From NCBI GenBank assembly GCA_965198095.1, contig OZ240239.1, positions 1,018,816 to 1,082,815 on the forward strand: a stretch of DNA of 64,000 nt. The letters run 5' to 3'. Below are positions 9,540 to 18,176 of the stretch, in pieces. This DNA comes from Candidatus Latescibacterota bacterium (GTDB lineage: Bacteria; Latescibacterota; UBA2968; GCA-2709665). The translations under genes were made by a program, and so were the position numbers. A model generated the notes under the pieces. It had not been told where the DNA came from. It worked only from the letters and a program-made list of their open reading frames with translations, and searched no databases. Positions within the stretch are counted from its first letter, which is position 1; the number at the start of each line of letters is the position of its first letter.

Positions 9540-10334
9540 ATGGCACGCATGGCTGTCATCGTTCTGATTCTGGGGGTATGTCTGCCGGAGGCACTCCCGG
9601 CAGGGGTGGTCCTGAAAGCGGGTGAGATCGACAGCGGCAAGGTTCGCGTGGGCGTCTTTGCGGAGGTTGTCTACGGGAAGGGGAAGCGGGATCCGGTCTC
9701 GGGGAAGTGGGAGAAGCTGGTCACGGCAAGAGGATATATCAAGGCCGTGGACGCGGAGGGCTTGACCCTTGGAGGACGTTTTCGGAAGAAGCGAATTGCA
9801 TTTGCGCGTATTCAAACGCTGCTTCTTGCGAAGTCCAGCCGCGAGATGGCCCGGCTCAGAAAGACGACAGATAAGGAGTTGCCTTTTGCGAGCACGGACG
9901 CCGAGAGCTGGTGGTCGGAAGGTCAGTTCATTCGCATCCATCCCCGAGGTATGGAGAAAGGGATCGTCGCCCGGGTTCACCGGGCGACAAGGGACACCCT
10001 GTTCTTCTATAAGAAGCGTATGAGTATCCTGAGACGAGAGAAACGACCCGAGGCCATCGCGCTCACGGATATTTCCAGGCTCGAAGTCTACAAATACCGC
10101 GAGTCCTACGCCAAGGAGGGCGCCATCGTCGGTGCTGCAGCAGGGATCGCAGCGGTACTGGTCGGCCACCAAGAGGCCGTAGTGCCTCACCCGATCCTAC
10201 TTCTCATGCCACCGATTATGGGTCTTATGGGCGGTGCCCTCGCCGGCTCGATGCTCGGTCACGATGTCTGGCAGGTCGTCGATCTGTCGCCATCCACCGT
10301 TGAGCGAAGACGCCGACTGTCGTTCCGATTTTGA
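9540..10334 (+). CDS. Hypothetical exported/membrane-anchored protein
   Basis: Signal peptide MARMAVIVLILGVCLPEALPAGVV and a C-terminal Gly/Ala-rich hydrophobic segment. No recognisable domain. The large antisense ORF 8358-10190 is rejected. Confidence 0.45.
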   Translation: MARMAVIVLILGVCLPEALPAGVVLKAGEIDSGKVRVGVFAEVVYGKGKRDPVSGKWEKLVTARGYIKAVDAEGLTLGGRFRKKRIAFARIQTLLLAKSSREMARLRKTTDKELPFASTDAESWWSEGQFIRIHPRGMEKGIVARVHRATRDTLFFYKKRMSILRREKRPEAIALTDISRLEVYKYRESYAKEGAIVGAAAGIAAVLVGHQEAVVPHPILLLMPPIMGLMGGALAGSMLGHDVWQVVDLSPSTVERRRRLSFRF

Positions 10335-10433
10335 GTGCGTCAGCGCCAATGGTATCTGCGCGCCTACGTTCCCGGCATCTGCCGGCCTCCCACACCTCTG
10401 ATCGGAACGTTGAGACCAGGAAAGGAAGGCATC

Positions 10434-13400
10434 GTGCGACCCTTCGCTATTTTTATTCTGCTGGCGTTCGTGGGTCAGGCATCTGCCGACCCGAATGGCG
10501 AGACGGGTGGGAGCGCGTCGACAGCGGTGATCTCCTCGACCCGCTTTCCGGGGGATTTCGATTGGGACTTCGATGTCGACTTTGCCGATTTTCTGGCCTT
10601 TGTCTCGGTCTTTGGCAAGACGTCTGCAGACGCCGGTTACAATCCCCGTATGGATATGGACGGAAGCGGCGCCATTGATTTTGCCGATTTTGTGACGTTT
10701 GCCGGCGTTTTTGGTCGCACATACACACGGCCGCCGTGGGCGGCGGACCGTGATGCATTGATCGCTTTGTACCATGCGACCGACGGGGATAGCTGGACGG
10801 ACAGGACAAACTGGCTGACCGACACTGATCTTTGGACCTGGTATGGCGTCAGGGTTTCAGACGGTCGGGTCACGCGCTTACAGCTTGATGAGAATAATCT
10901 GAGTGGGTCGATCCCGTCCGAATTGAGCGATCTGTCCAACCTTAGAGGTCTGTGGCTTTACGACAACGCGTTGAGTGGTCCGATCCCGTCCGAATTGAGC
11001 AACCTGTCCAACCTTAGAGGTCTGTCGCTTGGCAACAATGCGTTGAGTGGATCGATCCCGTCCGAACTGGGCAATCTGTCCAACCTTACGAGTCTGTGGC
11101 TTTACGGCAACGCGTTGAGTGGGTCGATCCCGTCCGAACTGGGCAACCTGTCCAACCTTAGGAGTCTACTTCTTAGCGGCAACGAGTTAAGTGGGTCGAT
11201 TCCCTCCGAATTGGGCAACCTGTCCAACCTTACGAGTCTGTCGCTTGGCGCCAACGCGTTGAGTGGTCCGATCCCGTCCGAATTGGGCAACCTGTCCAAC
11301 CTTTTGGATCTGTCGCTTTCCAACAACACATTGAGTGGGTCGATCCCGTCCGAGTTGGGCAACCTGTCCAACCTTGGGAGTCTGTGGCTTCACGTCAATG
11401 CGTTGAGTGGTCCGATCCCCACCGAGTTGGGCAACCTGTCCAACCTTGCGCAGTTGCTTCTTAACGATAATACCTCCTTGACGGGCACACTTCCACAGAG
11501 CCTGACGCGTCTGACAAATCTGAAGACCTTTCATTTTCACAACACGGGGCTCTGTGTGCCGCTCGATGATGCGTTTCAGACGTGGTTAAAGGGTATGGAA
11601 GACGCCAGGGGCTCGACTTGCCCCGGTGGAGGCACATTGTCCACCGACCGCGATGCGTTGGTGGCGCTATACCATGCGACCGACGGGGATAGCTGGACGG
11701 ACAAGACAAATTGGCTGACCGACGCCGATCTTTCGACCTGGCATGGCGTTACGGTTTCAGACGGTCGGGTTACCCGCGTGCAGCTTGATGGGAATAATCT
11801 GAGTGGCACGACTCCTGCGGCGTTGGGCAACCTGTCCAACCTTACGGATCTGCTCCTTAACAATAATACGTCCTTGACAGGTACACTTCCACAGCGCCTG
11901 ACGCGTCTGACAAATCTGAAGCGCCTCTATTTTCACAACACGGGGATTTGTGCGCGGCTTGAAGGCGCGTTTCAGACGTGGTTTCAGGGCATTGAAGACG
12001 CCAGAGGCTCGACTTGCCCTGATCGCGATGCGCTGGTGGCGCTCTACCATGCGACCGACGGCGATAGCTGGACGCACAAGACAAACTGGCTGACCGACAC
12101 CGATCTTTCGACTTGGCATCGCGTCACGGTTTCTGACGGTCGGGTCACACAATTGCTGCTTTACCGGAATAATCTGCGTGGTTCGATTCCGTCCGAACTG
12201 GGCAATTTGTCCAGCCTTACGGACTTGCTTCTTGACGGCAACGCGTTGAGTGGTTCGATTTCGTCCGAACTGGGCAACCTGTCCAGACTTGAGGCCCTGT
12301 GGCTTTCCGACAACGCGTTGAGTGGTCCGATTTCGTCCGAACTGGGCAACCTGTCCAGCCTCCGGGAACTGCGGCTTTCCGGCAACGCGTTGAGTGGTTC
12401 GATTCCGTCTGAACTGGGCAACCTATCCAACCTTCGGAGTCTGAGTCTCGCCGGCAACGCGTTGAATGGTTCGATTCCGTCTGAACTGGGCAACCTGTCC
12501 AACCTTGCGTTTCTGCATCTTCAAGGCAACGCGTTGAGTGGTTCGATTCCGTCTGAACTGGGCAACCTGTCCAACCTTGTGTTTCTGCATCTTCACGGCA
12601 ACGCGTTGAGTGGTTCGATTCCGTCCGAACTGGGCAACCTGCCCAGCCTTAATAGTCTGCTTCTTAACGATAATTTGCACTTGACGGGCACACTTCCACA
12701 CAGTCTGACGCGTCTGACAAATCTGAGGTACTTTCGTTTTCAAAACACGGGGCTTTGTGCGCCGCTCGATCGTGCGTTTCAGACGTGGCTTCATGGCATA
12801 GAAAACACCAATGGCTCAAATTGCTCTGGTGAAGGCACATTGTCCACCGACCGCGATGCGTTGGTCGCGCTGTACAATTCGACCGACGGGGATAGCTGGA
12901 CGGACAGGGCCAACTGGCTGACCGACACCGATCTTTCGACTTGGCGTGGCGTCACGGTTTCCAACGGTCGGGTTACGCGCTTAGGGCTTGATGAGAACAA
13001 TCTGAGTGGTTCGATCCCTCCGGCATTGGGCAACCTCTCCAACCTTGAGGCCCTGCAGCTTGTCGGCAATGCGTTGAGTGGTCCGATCCTGTCCGAACTG
13101 GGTAACCTGTCCATCCTCGAGACCCTGGTGCTTTCCCGAAATGCGTTGAGTGGTCCGATCCCTTCCGAACTGGGCAACCTGTCCTTCCTTAGGTTTCTGC
13201 TTCTTTCGGGCAATGCGTTGAGTGGTCCGATCCCCTCCGAGTTGGGCAACCTGTCCATCCTTAGGATTCTGGAGCTCTCCGCCAACGCGTTGAGTGGTCC
13301 GATCCCCTCTGAACTGGGCAACCTGTCCAACCTTGGGGATCTGTTTCTTGACCACAACGCGTTGAGTGGTCCGATCCCTCCGGCATTGGGCAACCTGTCC

Positions 13401-13667
13401 AACCTCCAACTCCTGTGGCTTGGCAATAATGCGTTGAGTGGTTCGATCCCGTCCGAATTGGGCAACCTGTCCAACCTTGTGCACCTGTTTCTTAACGATA
13501 ATTCGTCCTTGACGGGCCCACTTCCACAGAGCCTGACGGGGCTTAAAAAGCTACAGCACTTTCATTTTCATAACACGGGGCTTTGCGCGCCGCTCGATGG
13601 CGCATTTCAGACGTGGCTTCAGGGCATTGGAGACGCCAATGGCTCAAACTGCGCTTCCTCCGACTGA
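10434..13667 (+). CDS. Large secreted leucine-rich-repeat protein: N-terminal dockerin-like pair followed by four tandem plant-type LRR modules
   Basis: GTG start after GAAAGGAAGG. Signal peptide VRPFAIFILLAFVGQASA. DFDWDFDVDFADFLAFVSVFG and DMDGSGAIDFADFVTFAGVFG are dockerin-like. Each of the four modules starts DRDALVALYHATDGDSWTDKTNWLTD.DLSTWHGVTVSDGRVT.L (an LRRNT-like cap). The cap is followed by 24-residue repeats L.GNNLSGSIPSELGNLSNL and ends LTGTLPQSLTRLTNLK.FHFHNTGLC.PLD.AFQTWL.G.EDA.GS.C. Confidence 0.85.
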   Translation: MRPFAIFILLAFVGQASADPNGETGGSASTAVISSTRFPGDFDWDFDVDFADFLAFVSVFGKTSADAGYNPRMDMDGSGAIDFADFVTFAGVFGRTYTRPPWAADRDALIALYHATDGDSWTDRTNWLTDTDLWTWYGVRVSDGRVTRLQLDENNLSGSIPSELSDLSNLRGLWLYDNALSGPIPSELSNLSNLRGLSLGNNALSGSIPSELGNLSNLTSLWLYGNALSGSIPSELGNLSNLRSLLLSGNELSGSIPSELGNLSNLTSLSLGANALSGPIPSELGNLSNLLDLSLSNNTLSGSIPSELGNLSNLGSLWLHVNALSGPIPTELGNLSNLAQLLLNDNTSLTGTLPQSLTRLTNLKTFHFHNTGLCVPLDDAFQTWLKGMEDARGSTCPGGGTLSTDRDALVALYHATDGDSWTDKTNWLTDADLSTWHGVTVSDGRVTRVQLDGNNLSGTTPAALGNLSNLTDLLLNNNTSLTGTLPQRLTRLTNLKRLYFHNTGICARLEGAFQTWFQGIEDARGSTCPDRDALVALYHATDGDSWTHKTNWLTDTDLSTWHRVTVSDGRVTQLLLYRNNLRGSIPSELGNLSSLTDLLLDGNALSGSISSELGNLSRLEALWLSDNALSGPISSELGNLSSLRELRLSGNALSGSIPSELGNLSNLRSLSLAGNALNGSIPSELGNLSNLAFLHLQGNALSGSIPSELGNLSNLVFLHLHGNALSGSIPSELGNLPSLNSLLLNDNLHLTGTLPHSLTRLTNLRYFRFQNTGLCAPLDRAFQTWLHGIENTNGSNCSGEGTLSTDRDALVALYNSTDGDSWTDRANWLTDTDLSTWRGVTVSNGRVTRLGLDENNLSGSIPPALGNLSNLEALQLVGNALSGPILSELGNLSILETLVLSRNALSGPIPSELGNLSFLRFLLLSGNALSGPIPSELGNLSILRILELSANALSGPIPSELGNLSNLGDLFLDHNALSGPIPPALGNLSNLQLLWLGNNALSGSIPSELGNLSNLVHLFLNDNSSLTGPLPQSLTGLKKLQHFHFHNTGLCAPLDGAFQTWLQGIGDANGSNCASSD
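10745..13660 (+). repeat. Intragenic tandem repeats: 72-bp LRR units nested in four ~0.4-0.9 kb module duplications
   Basis: Near-identical DNA blocks (gggcaacctgtccaacctt...ggcaacgcgttgagtggttcgatcccgtccgaactg) recur dozens of times. Module starts are near 10745, 11646, 12019 and 12853. Confidence 0.8.
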
Positions 13668-14118
13668 CCCGCGCCGTCGCCCATAGGCCGGGTCACGGTC
13701 TCATATATCCTCATCAATAGGGATGAGTTTGGAGATGACCCAGGGTTTGGGGGCTTCGCATTAGCCTTGATTCGAAAAAAACAAGCAATCCACAACTTCG
13801 TAAGGCCGTGAGAAATGTGGAATTACCTCAGCTAAAATGCACTGTTTTTCTGTTCACATCCCGTGAACTAAAGAATGGCCGAATGGTGACGTAAAGACGC
13901 CTTTGTTCTTCTGGACAAATCCCAGAGAACACCGCCGAGATATTTCGAATCAAGGTTAGTGTTTGGGCCACCCATTTTCGGTCTCATGGACGCCGGTGCC
14001 GGCTGATTCCGGGGCTATGTCTGCCGGAGGCGCTCCTCGCAGGGGTGGTCCTGGCTCCCCCCTATCCCGATTCAGTGCCCTGAGCGACGCGACGCACGCG
14101 CTGCGTTTGCCCGCAGTC

Positions 14119-14586
14119 TTACCGGACCGCCTCCAGGATTTCGATCTTGACGAGGGCGACCCCTTCCCGGATCATGTCGAGTTTTTTGGCGGCGCCCAGA
14201 GAGAGGTCGAGAATTCTTCCCTCTATGAATGGACCGCGGTCGTTGATCTTGACGACAACGTGTCGGCCGTTCTCGAGGTGGGTGACTCGAACGACCGTGC
14301 CGAGCGGGAGCTCCCTGTGGGCTGCGGTCAGCCCGTTCATGTCGAAGATTTCTCCGCTCGCGGTGGGACGACCGTGGAACTTGTGGGCGTAATACGAAGA
14401 GAGGCCGATCTGGTGAGCGCCCTTTCTCGAAATGGGCGCCGCGTCGGGTTTGGACGGCGAGCTCTTTCCGTCGTCTCTCGGCTTCGGTGGCGAGGTCCTG
14501 TAGCGCGGTCGAGAGACGCAGGCGGGCAACGTGGCGAGATACAGGATCAAAAGGAGCCACGAAATCTTGGATCGTAAGGCAGTCAA
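14119..14586 (-). CDS. rlpA: Septal ring lytic transglycosylase RlpA-family lipoprotein (DPBB domain)
   Basis: Lipoprotein signal ([13 protein letters not shown]) and a DPBB core [60 protein letters not shown]. Confidence 0.8.
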   Translation of the reverse strand: MTALRSKISWLLLILYLATLPACVSRPRYRTSPPKPRDDGKSSPSKPDAAPISRKGAHQIGLSSYYAHKFHGRPTASGEIFDMNGLTAAHRELPLGTVVRVTHLENGRHVVVKINDRGPFIEGRILDLSLGAAKKLDMIREGVALVKIEILEAVR

Positions 14587-14610
14587 GCGTCCGGGTCCCG
14601 AGGCTAACGT

Positions 14611-15525
14611 TCAGGTCTTGAGGCTTCCCACCAGGTCCTTCAAGGGATTCACGCCCTGACGTTCGCAATAGTCCACGATGCCGTCGACGATGTCGAGCGC
14701 CGCCCACGGATTCAGGAACAGGGCGGTTCCGACCTGAACGGCCGAAGCGCCTACGATCAGGAACTCGATCGCATCTTCCGCGGTCGAGATTCCGCCCATC
14801 CCGATGACCGGCACGGAGACCTGGTCGGCGACCTTCCAGACTTGAGCGAGGGCAATCGGCTTGATGGCCGGTCCGGAGAGCCCCCCGGTCACGTTTTCGA
14901 GCACCGGTCGCCTGGACGCGATGTCCACGGCCATGCCGCGGAGGGTGTTGATCAACGCGATCCCGTCCGCGCCTCCCTCTTCCGCGGCCAGGGCGATTGC
15001 GGCGATATCGGTCACATTCGGCGTGAGTTTGACGATCACCGGGAGTCGCGAGACCGCTTTGACGGCCGCGGTGACATCGTGCGTCGCCTGTTCCCGGCAT
15101 CCAAAACGCATGCCGCCGTCCCTCATGTTCGGCGACGAGACATTGAGCTCGAGGGCGTCCACGCCGGGAAGGTCGTTCAATCGTCGGGCCATCTCGGCGA
15201 ATTCCGTGTTCGATGTGCCTGCGATGCTGACGACCCGGGCCGTATCCAACGCCTCCAGGGGCGGGAGTTTTTCCTCGATGAACCCCTCCAACCCCGGATT
15301 GGGCAGACCGATTGCGTTCAACATCCCGCCGGGTGTCTCCGCCGTCCTTACGGGTGGGTTTCCGGAACGTGGATGGTAGGTGATCGTCTTCGTGACGACG
15401 CCGCCGATTCGACCGAGGTCGAACAGGCCGGCATATTCAGCGGCGTGGCCGAACGTACCCGAGGCGACCATCACGGGGTTCCTGAGCGTGAGTCCGCCGC
15501 CTATGGGTGTGGACAGATCGATCAC
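14611..15525 (-). CDS. pyrD: Dihydroorotate dehydrogenase catalytic subunit (class 1B)
   Basis: VMVASGTFG, GGVVTKTIT, NAIGLPNPG and GMGGISTAEDAIEF. Antisense ORFs 14842-16098 and 14072-15100 are rejected. Confidence 0.9.
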   Translation of the reverse strand: MIDLSTPIGGGLTLRNPVMVASGTFGHAAEYAGLFDLGRIGGVVTKTITYHPRSGNPPVRTAETPGGMLNAIGLPNPGLEGFIEEKLPPLEALDTARVVSIAGTSNTEFAEMARRLNDLPGVDALELNVSSPNMRDGGMRFGCREQATHDVTAAVKAVSRLPVIVKLTPNVTDIAAIALAAEEGGADGIALINTLRGMAVDIASRRPVLENVTGGLSGPAIKPIALAQVWKVADQVSVPVIGMGGISTAEDAIEFLIVGASAVQVGTALFLNPWAALDIVDGIVDYCERQGVNPLKDLVGSLKT

Positions 15526-15529
15526 GGGG

Positions 15530-16312
15530 CTACCAGACCATCTTGTGCGCGTCCACGACCGGTCCCTCCAGACATACCCTGCGAAATCTCAGGTCGTTCC
15601 TCACGGTTTCGCGGTATTCGACGACACATCCCATACAGGCCCCGAACCCGCAGGGCATGTGGTTTTCGAGCGAAGCAAAACAGGGCAGGCCTTGATCGGC
15701 TGCGATCGCTGCCACGCGAGCCATCATCCCGTAGGGTCCGCACGTCAAGACGAGGGCCTTTCCCGGTCGAGCGAACGCAGGGATCAGGTCCGTCACCAGG
15801 CCGTGGTGACCCGCGCTGCCGTCCTCCGTGGCCAGGTGAAGGTCGAGATCGGGCGGAAGCGTTCGGACGGGATCGGGCAGGCGCGCCTTCGAGGCGGCGC
15901 CGAGGAGAAAGATCGCGGAGGATCGCAGCTGCGGGGCGTCCCACGCCAGGAAGGCCAGGGGGACCAGACCGACGCCCCCGGCCACCAGGAGAAGCCGGTC
16001 CGCGGTGGACGGTTCGTATGGGCATCCGAGCGGGCCGATCAGGTCCAGACTGTCCCCCGCGGAGGCTTCCGACATCTGGCGGGTGCCCGGCCCGATGACG
16101 TCGTAGAGGATGTCGATCCAACCCTCCGCGCGGTTGGCCCGCAAGGCGCTGAATGGCCTTCGAAGGTAGGGATGAAGACCCGGGCCGGTCCGGATATGTA
16201 CGAATTGCGCAAGACGACAGCTCCGAGCGATTCGCGGGGTGCGCAGACGCATCAGATAGATATTCTGCGCGACCGGCTCGTTTAAGAGAATCTCTCCATC
16301 TTCTTGAATCAT
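15530..16312 (-). CDS. pyrK: Dihydroorotate dehydrogenase electron-transfer subunit
   Basis: FAD/NAD-binding ferredoxin-reductase fold and a C-terminal Cys cluster MPCGFGACMGCVV. It overlaps the pyrD start by 4 nt. Confidence 0.85.
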   Translation of the reverse strand: MIQEDGEILLNEPVAQNIYLMRLRTPRIARSCRLAQFVHIRTGPGLHPYLRRPFSALRANRAEGWIDILYDVIGPGTRQMSEASAGDSLDLIGPLGCPYEPSTADRLLLVAGGVGLVPLAFLAWDAPQLRSSAIFLLGAASKARLPDPVRTLPPDLDLHLATEDGSAGHHGLVTDLIPAFARPGKALVLTCGPYGMMARVAAIAADQGLPCFASLENHMPCGFGACMGCVVEYRETVRNDLRFRRVCLEGPVVDAHKMVW

Positions 16313-16466
16313 GTCGACGGACTTGAAATGAAAGGCTCACGCTTGCGTCTTACCCTGCAACACCGCCGGAGGAGACCCGATTTCGGTGACGTCCGCGCCA
16401 TCTCTCCGTTCAACCTTCGACCGATCGGCCTGCGGGGCACTGCGGGGTGCGGGGACGCGGGGTCGT

Positions 16467-18176
16467 TCAATCAGCGCTTCGTTCGGCCGCGTCTGAGACC
16501 CCGGCACTGTCGCCGGCGGGCGCTTCCACGTCCAGAAACCCGCCCTTCAATTTTTCGCGTGCCACTTCGGAAAACTCGGACATCGGATATCGATCGATCA
16601 ATCGCTGATATTGGGCTCTGGCCAGATCGGGCGTGTTACGCTCGTTCTCATAGAACCACGCCAGAGCGTAGATGGCCTTCGCCGCATAGAGGGTATTGGG
16701 GAAGTCGGCTGCGATTTGTCTGAAAAGAGCCATCGCCTCTTCCAGCGTCGCCCCGTCCTGCCGCAGCGCCTCTGCCCGATGGAAACGTGCCTGGGCCTCG
16801 GCCTCCTGCGTCCCTTCCTCCAGAATTCGCTTCCGGGCCGAAACCGCGAACGGGCTGGCCGGGTAGCGTTCGACCAGCTGGCCAAAGTAACGACGAGCCG
16901 CGGTGTCGTCTTTCAGCGTGTCGGCGTAGACGAGACCCAGTGCGTACAGGGCCTTGGGAGCGGCGTCGGAGGTGTCGGCCGCCTTCAGAACCCGATCGTA
17001 GACCGCCACGGCGGAGTCGGGTTCCGAGAGCCCGAAGAGGTAGAGCTCGGCCAAATTGAAGGAGGCTTCAATCCCCTTCTTGCCCTTCTTTTGCGAAGCC
17101 TTTTCATATCGTTTCAGATCGGAGAGCAGTTTCTCGCGCATCCGGACCAGCCCGGCGGCCTCCGAACCTGACTTCTCCCTTTTCGCCATCTGAAAGTGCT
17201 CTTTTGCCGAGGCGTGATCCTTCCGGTGCTGAAGCGCGATCAGCCCCATCTCGTAGTATGCGAAAGCGCTGTGTTCCGTGTGGGGCAGGTTCTTCGTGAT
17301 CTGCGCGTATATCCGTTCTGCGGTTTCGAACGCTTCCATGGACGTGTGGACATTTGCCTGCCTTAGACGAACGTCTCCTTCGTAAGACCGAAAGCGTTTG
17401 ATCTTCAGGATCTTCCCGTAGACCTCCAGGGCCTCCTGGAATCTGTGCTGCAACTCCAACGTCCGCCCGAGCCGAAGCCGGGTGAGGTAGTCCGTGCCGA
17501 TATCCGGTCCGGACTTCAAGACCTGCTCGTAGGCTGCCGCTGCCTCGTCGTAACGTTGCTGGTTGAAAGCGGCGTTTCCGATGCCGCTCCAGATTTTTGC
17601 CTTCAGCTTTTTCTCCTTCTCATATTCCGAGAGCAGCTGCTTGTAGGCATCGATCGCGGCCTGGTAGTTCTCCTGGTCGGATTCCAGCTCTGCCAGGGAG
17701 ATGCGTGCCTCCTTGGTAAAATGCCCACCCTCGACATTTCCGATCTCAACAAAGATGTCACGTGCGCCGTCGATTCGGCCCTCGGCGCGGAGGGCCAGGC
17801 CGCGCCAGTAATAGGCCTCTTCGACCAGGTCGCTTTCCGGAAAGTTCTCAGCGAGCTCCTGGAACTTCAACACGGCTTCGTCGTGAATCTCCCGCCAGTA
17901 AAAGGCCTTGCCGATGAGCAGCAGCGCATCGTCTACCCATTTGCTGTCGGGATGCCTGTCCAGCACGATGGAGGCCTTGCGGATGGCGTTCATGTAAAGC
18001 TTCTTGTATGCCTGAGACCTCCGGCTCCTGTCGGAGCGGGTTTCCGTTTCACGACGTTTCCGATCGGCGTCATCGAACTGTTTGCGCGCGTTGTAGAACG
18101 TGTTGAAGTAGACGCATCCGGAAAGGAAGGTCAGCGCGGCCAAAGGCCATAGTCTTCGAAGGGCGTTCATCCGCAC
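16467..18176 (-). CDS. Tetratricopeptide-repeat lipoprotein
   Basis: Lipoprotein signal MRMNALRRLWPLAALTFLSGC, followed by many TPR-like helical repeats. Confidence 0.7.
   Translation of the reverse strand: MRMNALRRLWPLAALTFLSGCVYFNTFYNARKQFDDADRKRRETETRSDRSRRSQAYKKLYMNAIRKASIVLDRHPDSKWVDDALLLIGKAFYWREIHDEAVLKFQELAENFPESDLVEEAYYWRGLALRAEGRIDGARDIFVEIGNVEGGHFTKEARISLAELESDQENYQAAIDAYKQLLSEYEKEKKLKAKIWSGIGNAAFNQQRYDEAAAAYEQVLKSGPDIGTDYLTRLRLGRTLELQHRFQEALEVYGKILKIKRFRSYEGDVRLRQANVHTSMEAFETAERIYAQITKNLPHTEHSAFAYYEMGLIALQHRKDHASAKEHFQMAKREKSGSEAAGLVRMREKLLSDLKRYEKASQKKGKKGIEASFNLAELYLFGLSEPDSAVAVYDRVLKAADTSDAAPKALYALGLVYADTLKDDTAARRYFGQLVERYPASPFAVSARKRILEEGTQEAEAQARFHRAEALRQDGATLEEAMALFRQIAADFPNTLYAAKAIYALAWFYENERNTPDLARAQYQRLIDRYPMSEFSEVAREKLKGGFLDVEAPAGDSAGVSDAAERSAD

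Noticed and set aside
8358-10190. 610-aa minus-strand ORF (and similar long antisense ORFs at 3598-5517, 5703-6806, 14072-16098, 18191-20245, 20389-21216, 22663-23943, 26046-27065, 27996-29051, 30598-31761, 33043-35724, 39361-46279 plus strand, 55497-58260)
   Set aside because: All lie antisense to genes with clear domain content. Their products are Arg/Pro/Gly-rich low-complexity, as expected for stop-poor reverse frames in ~65% GC DNA.
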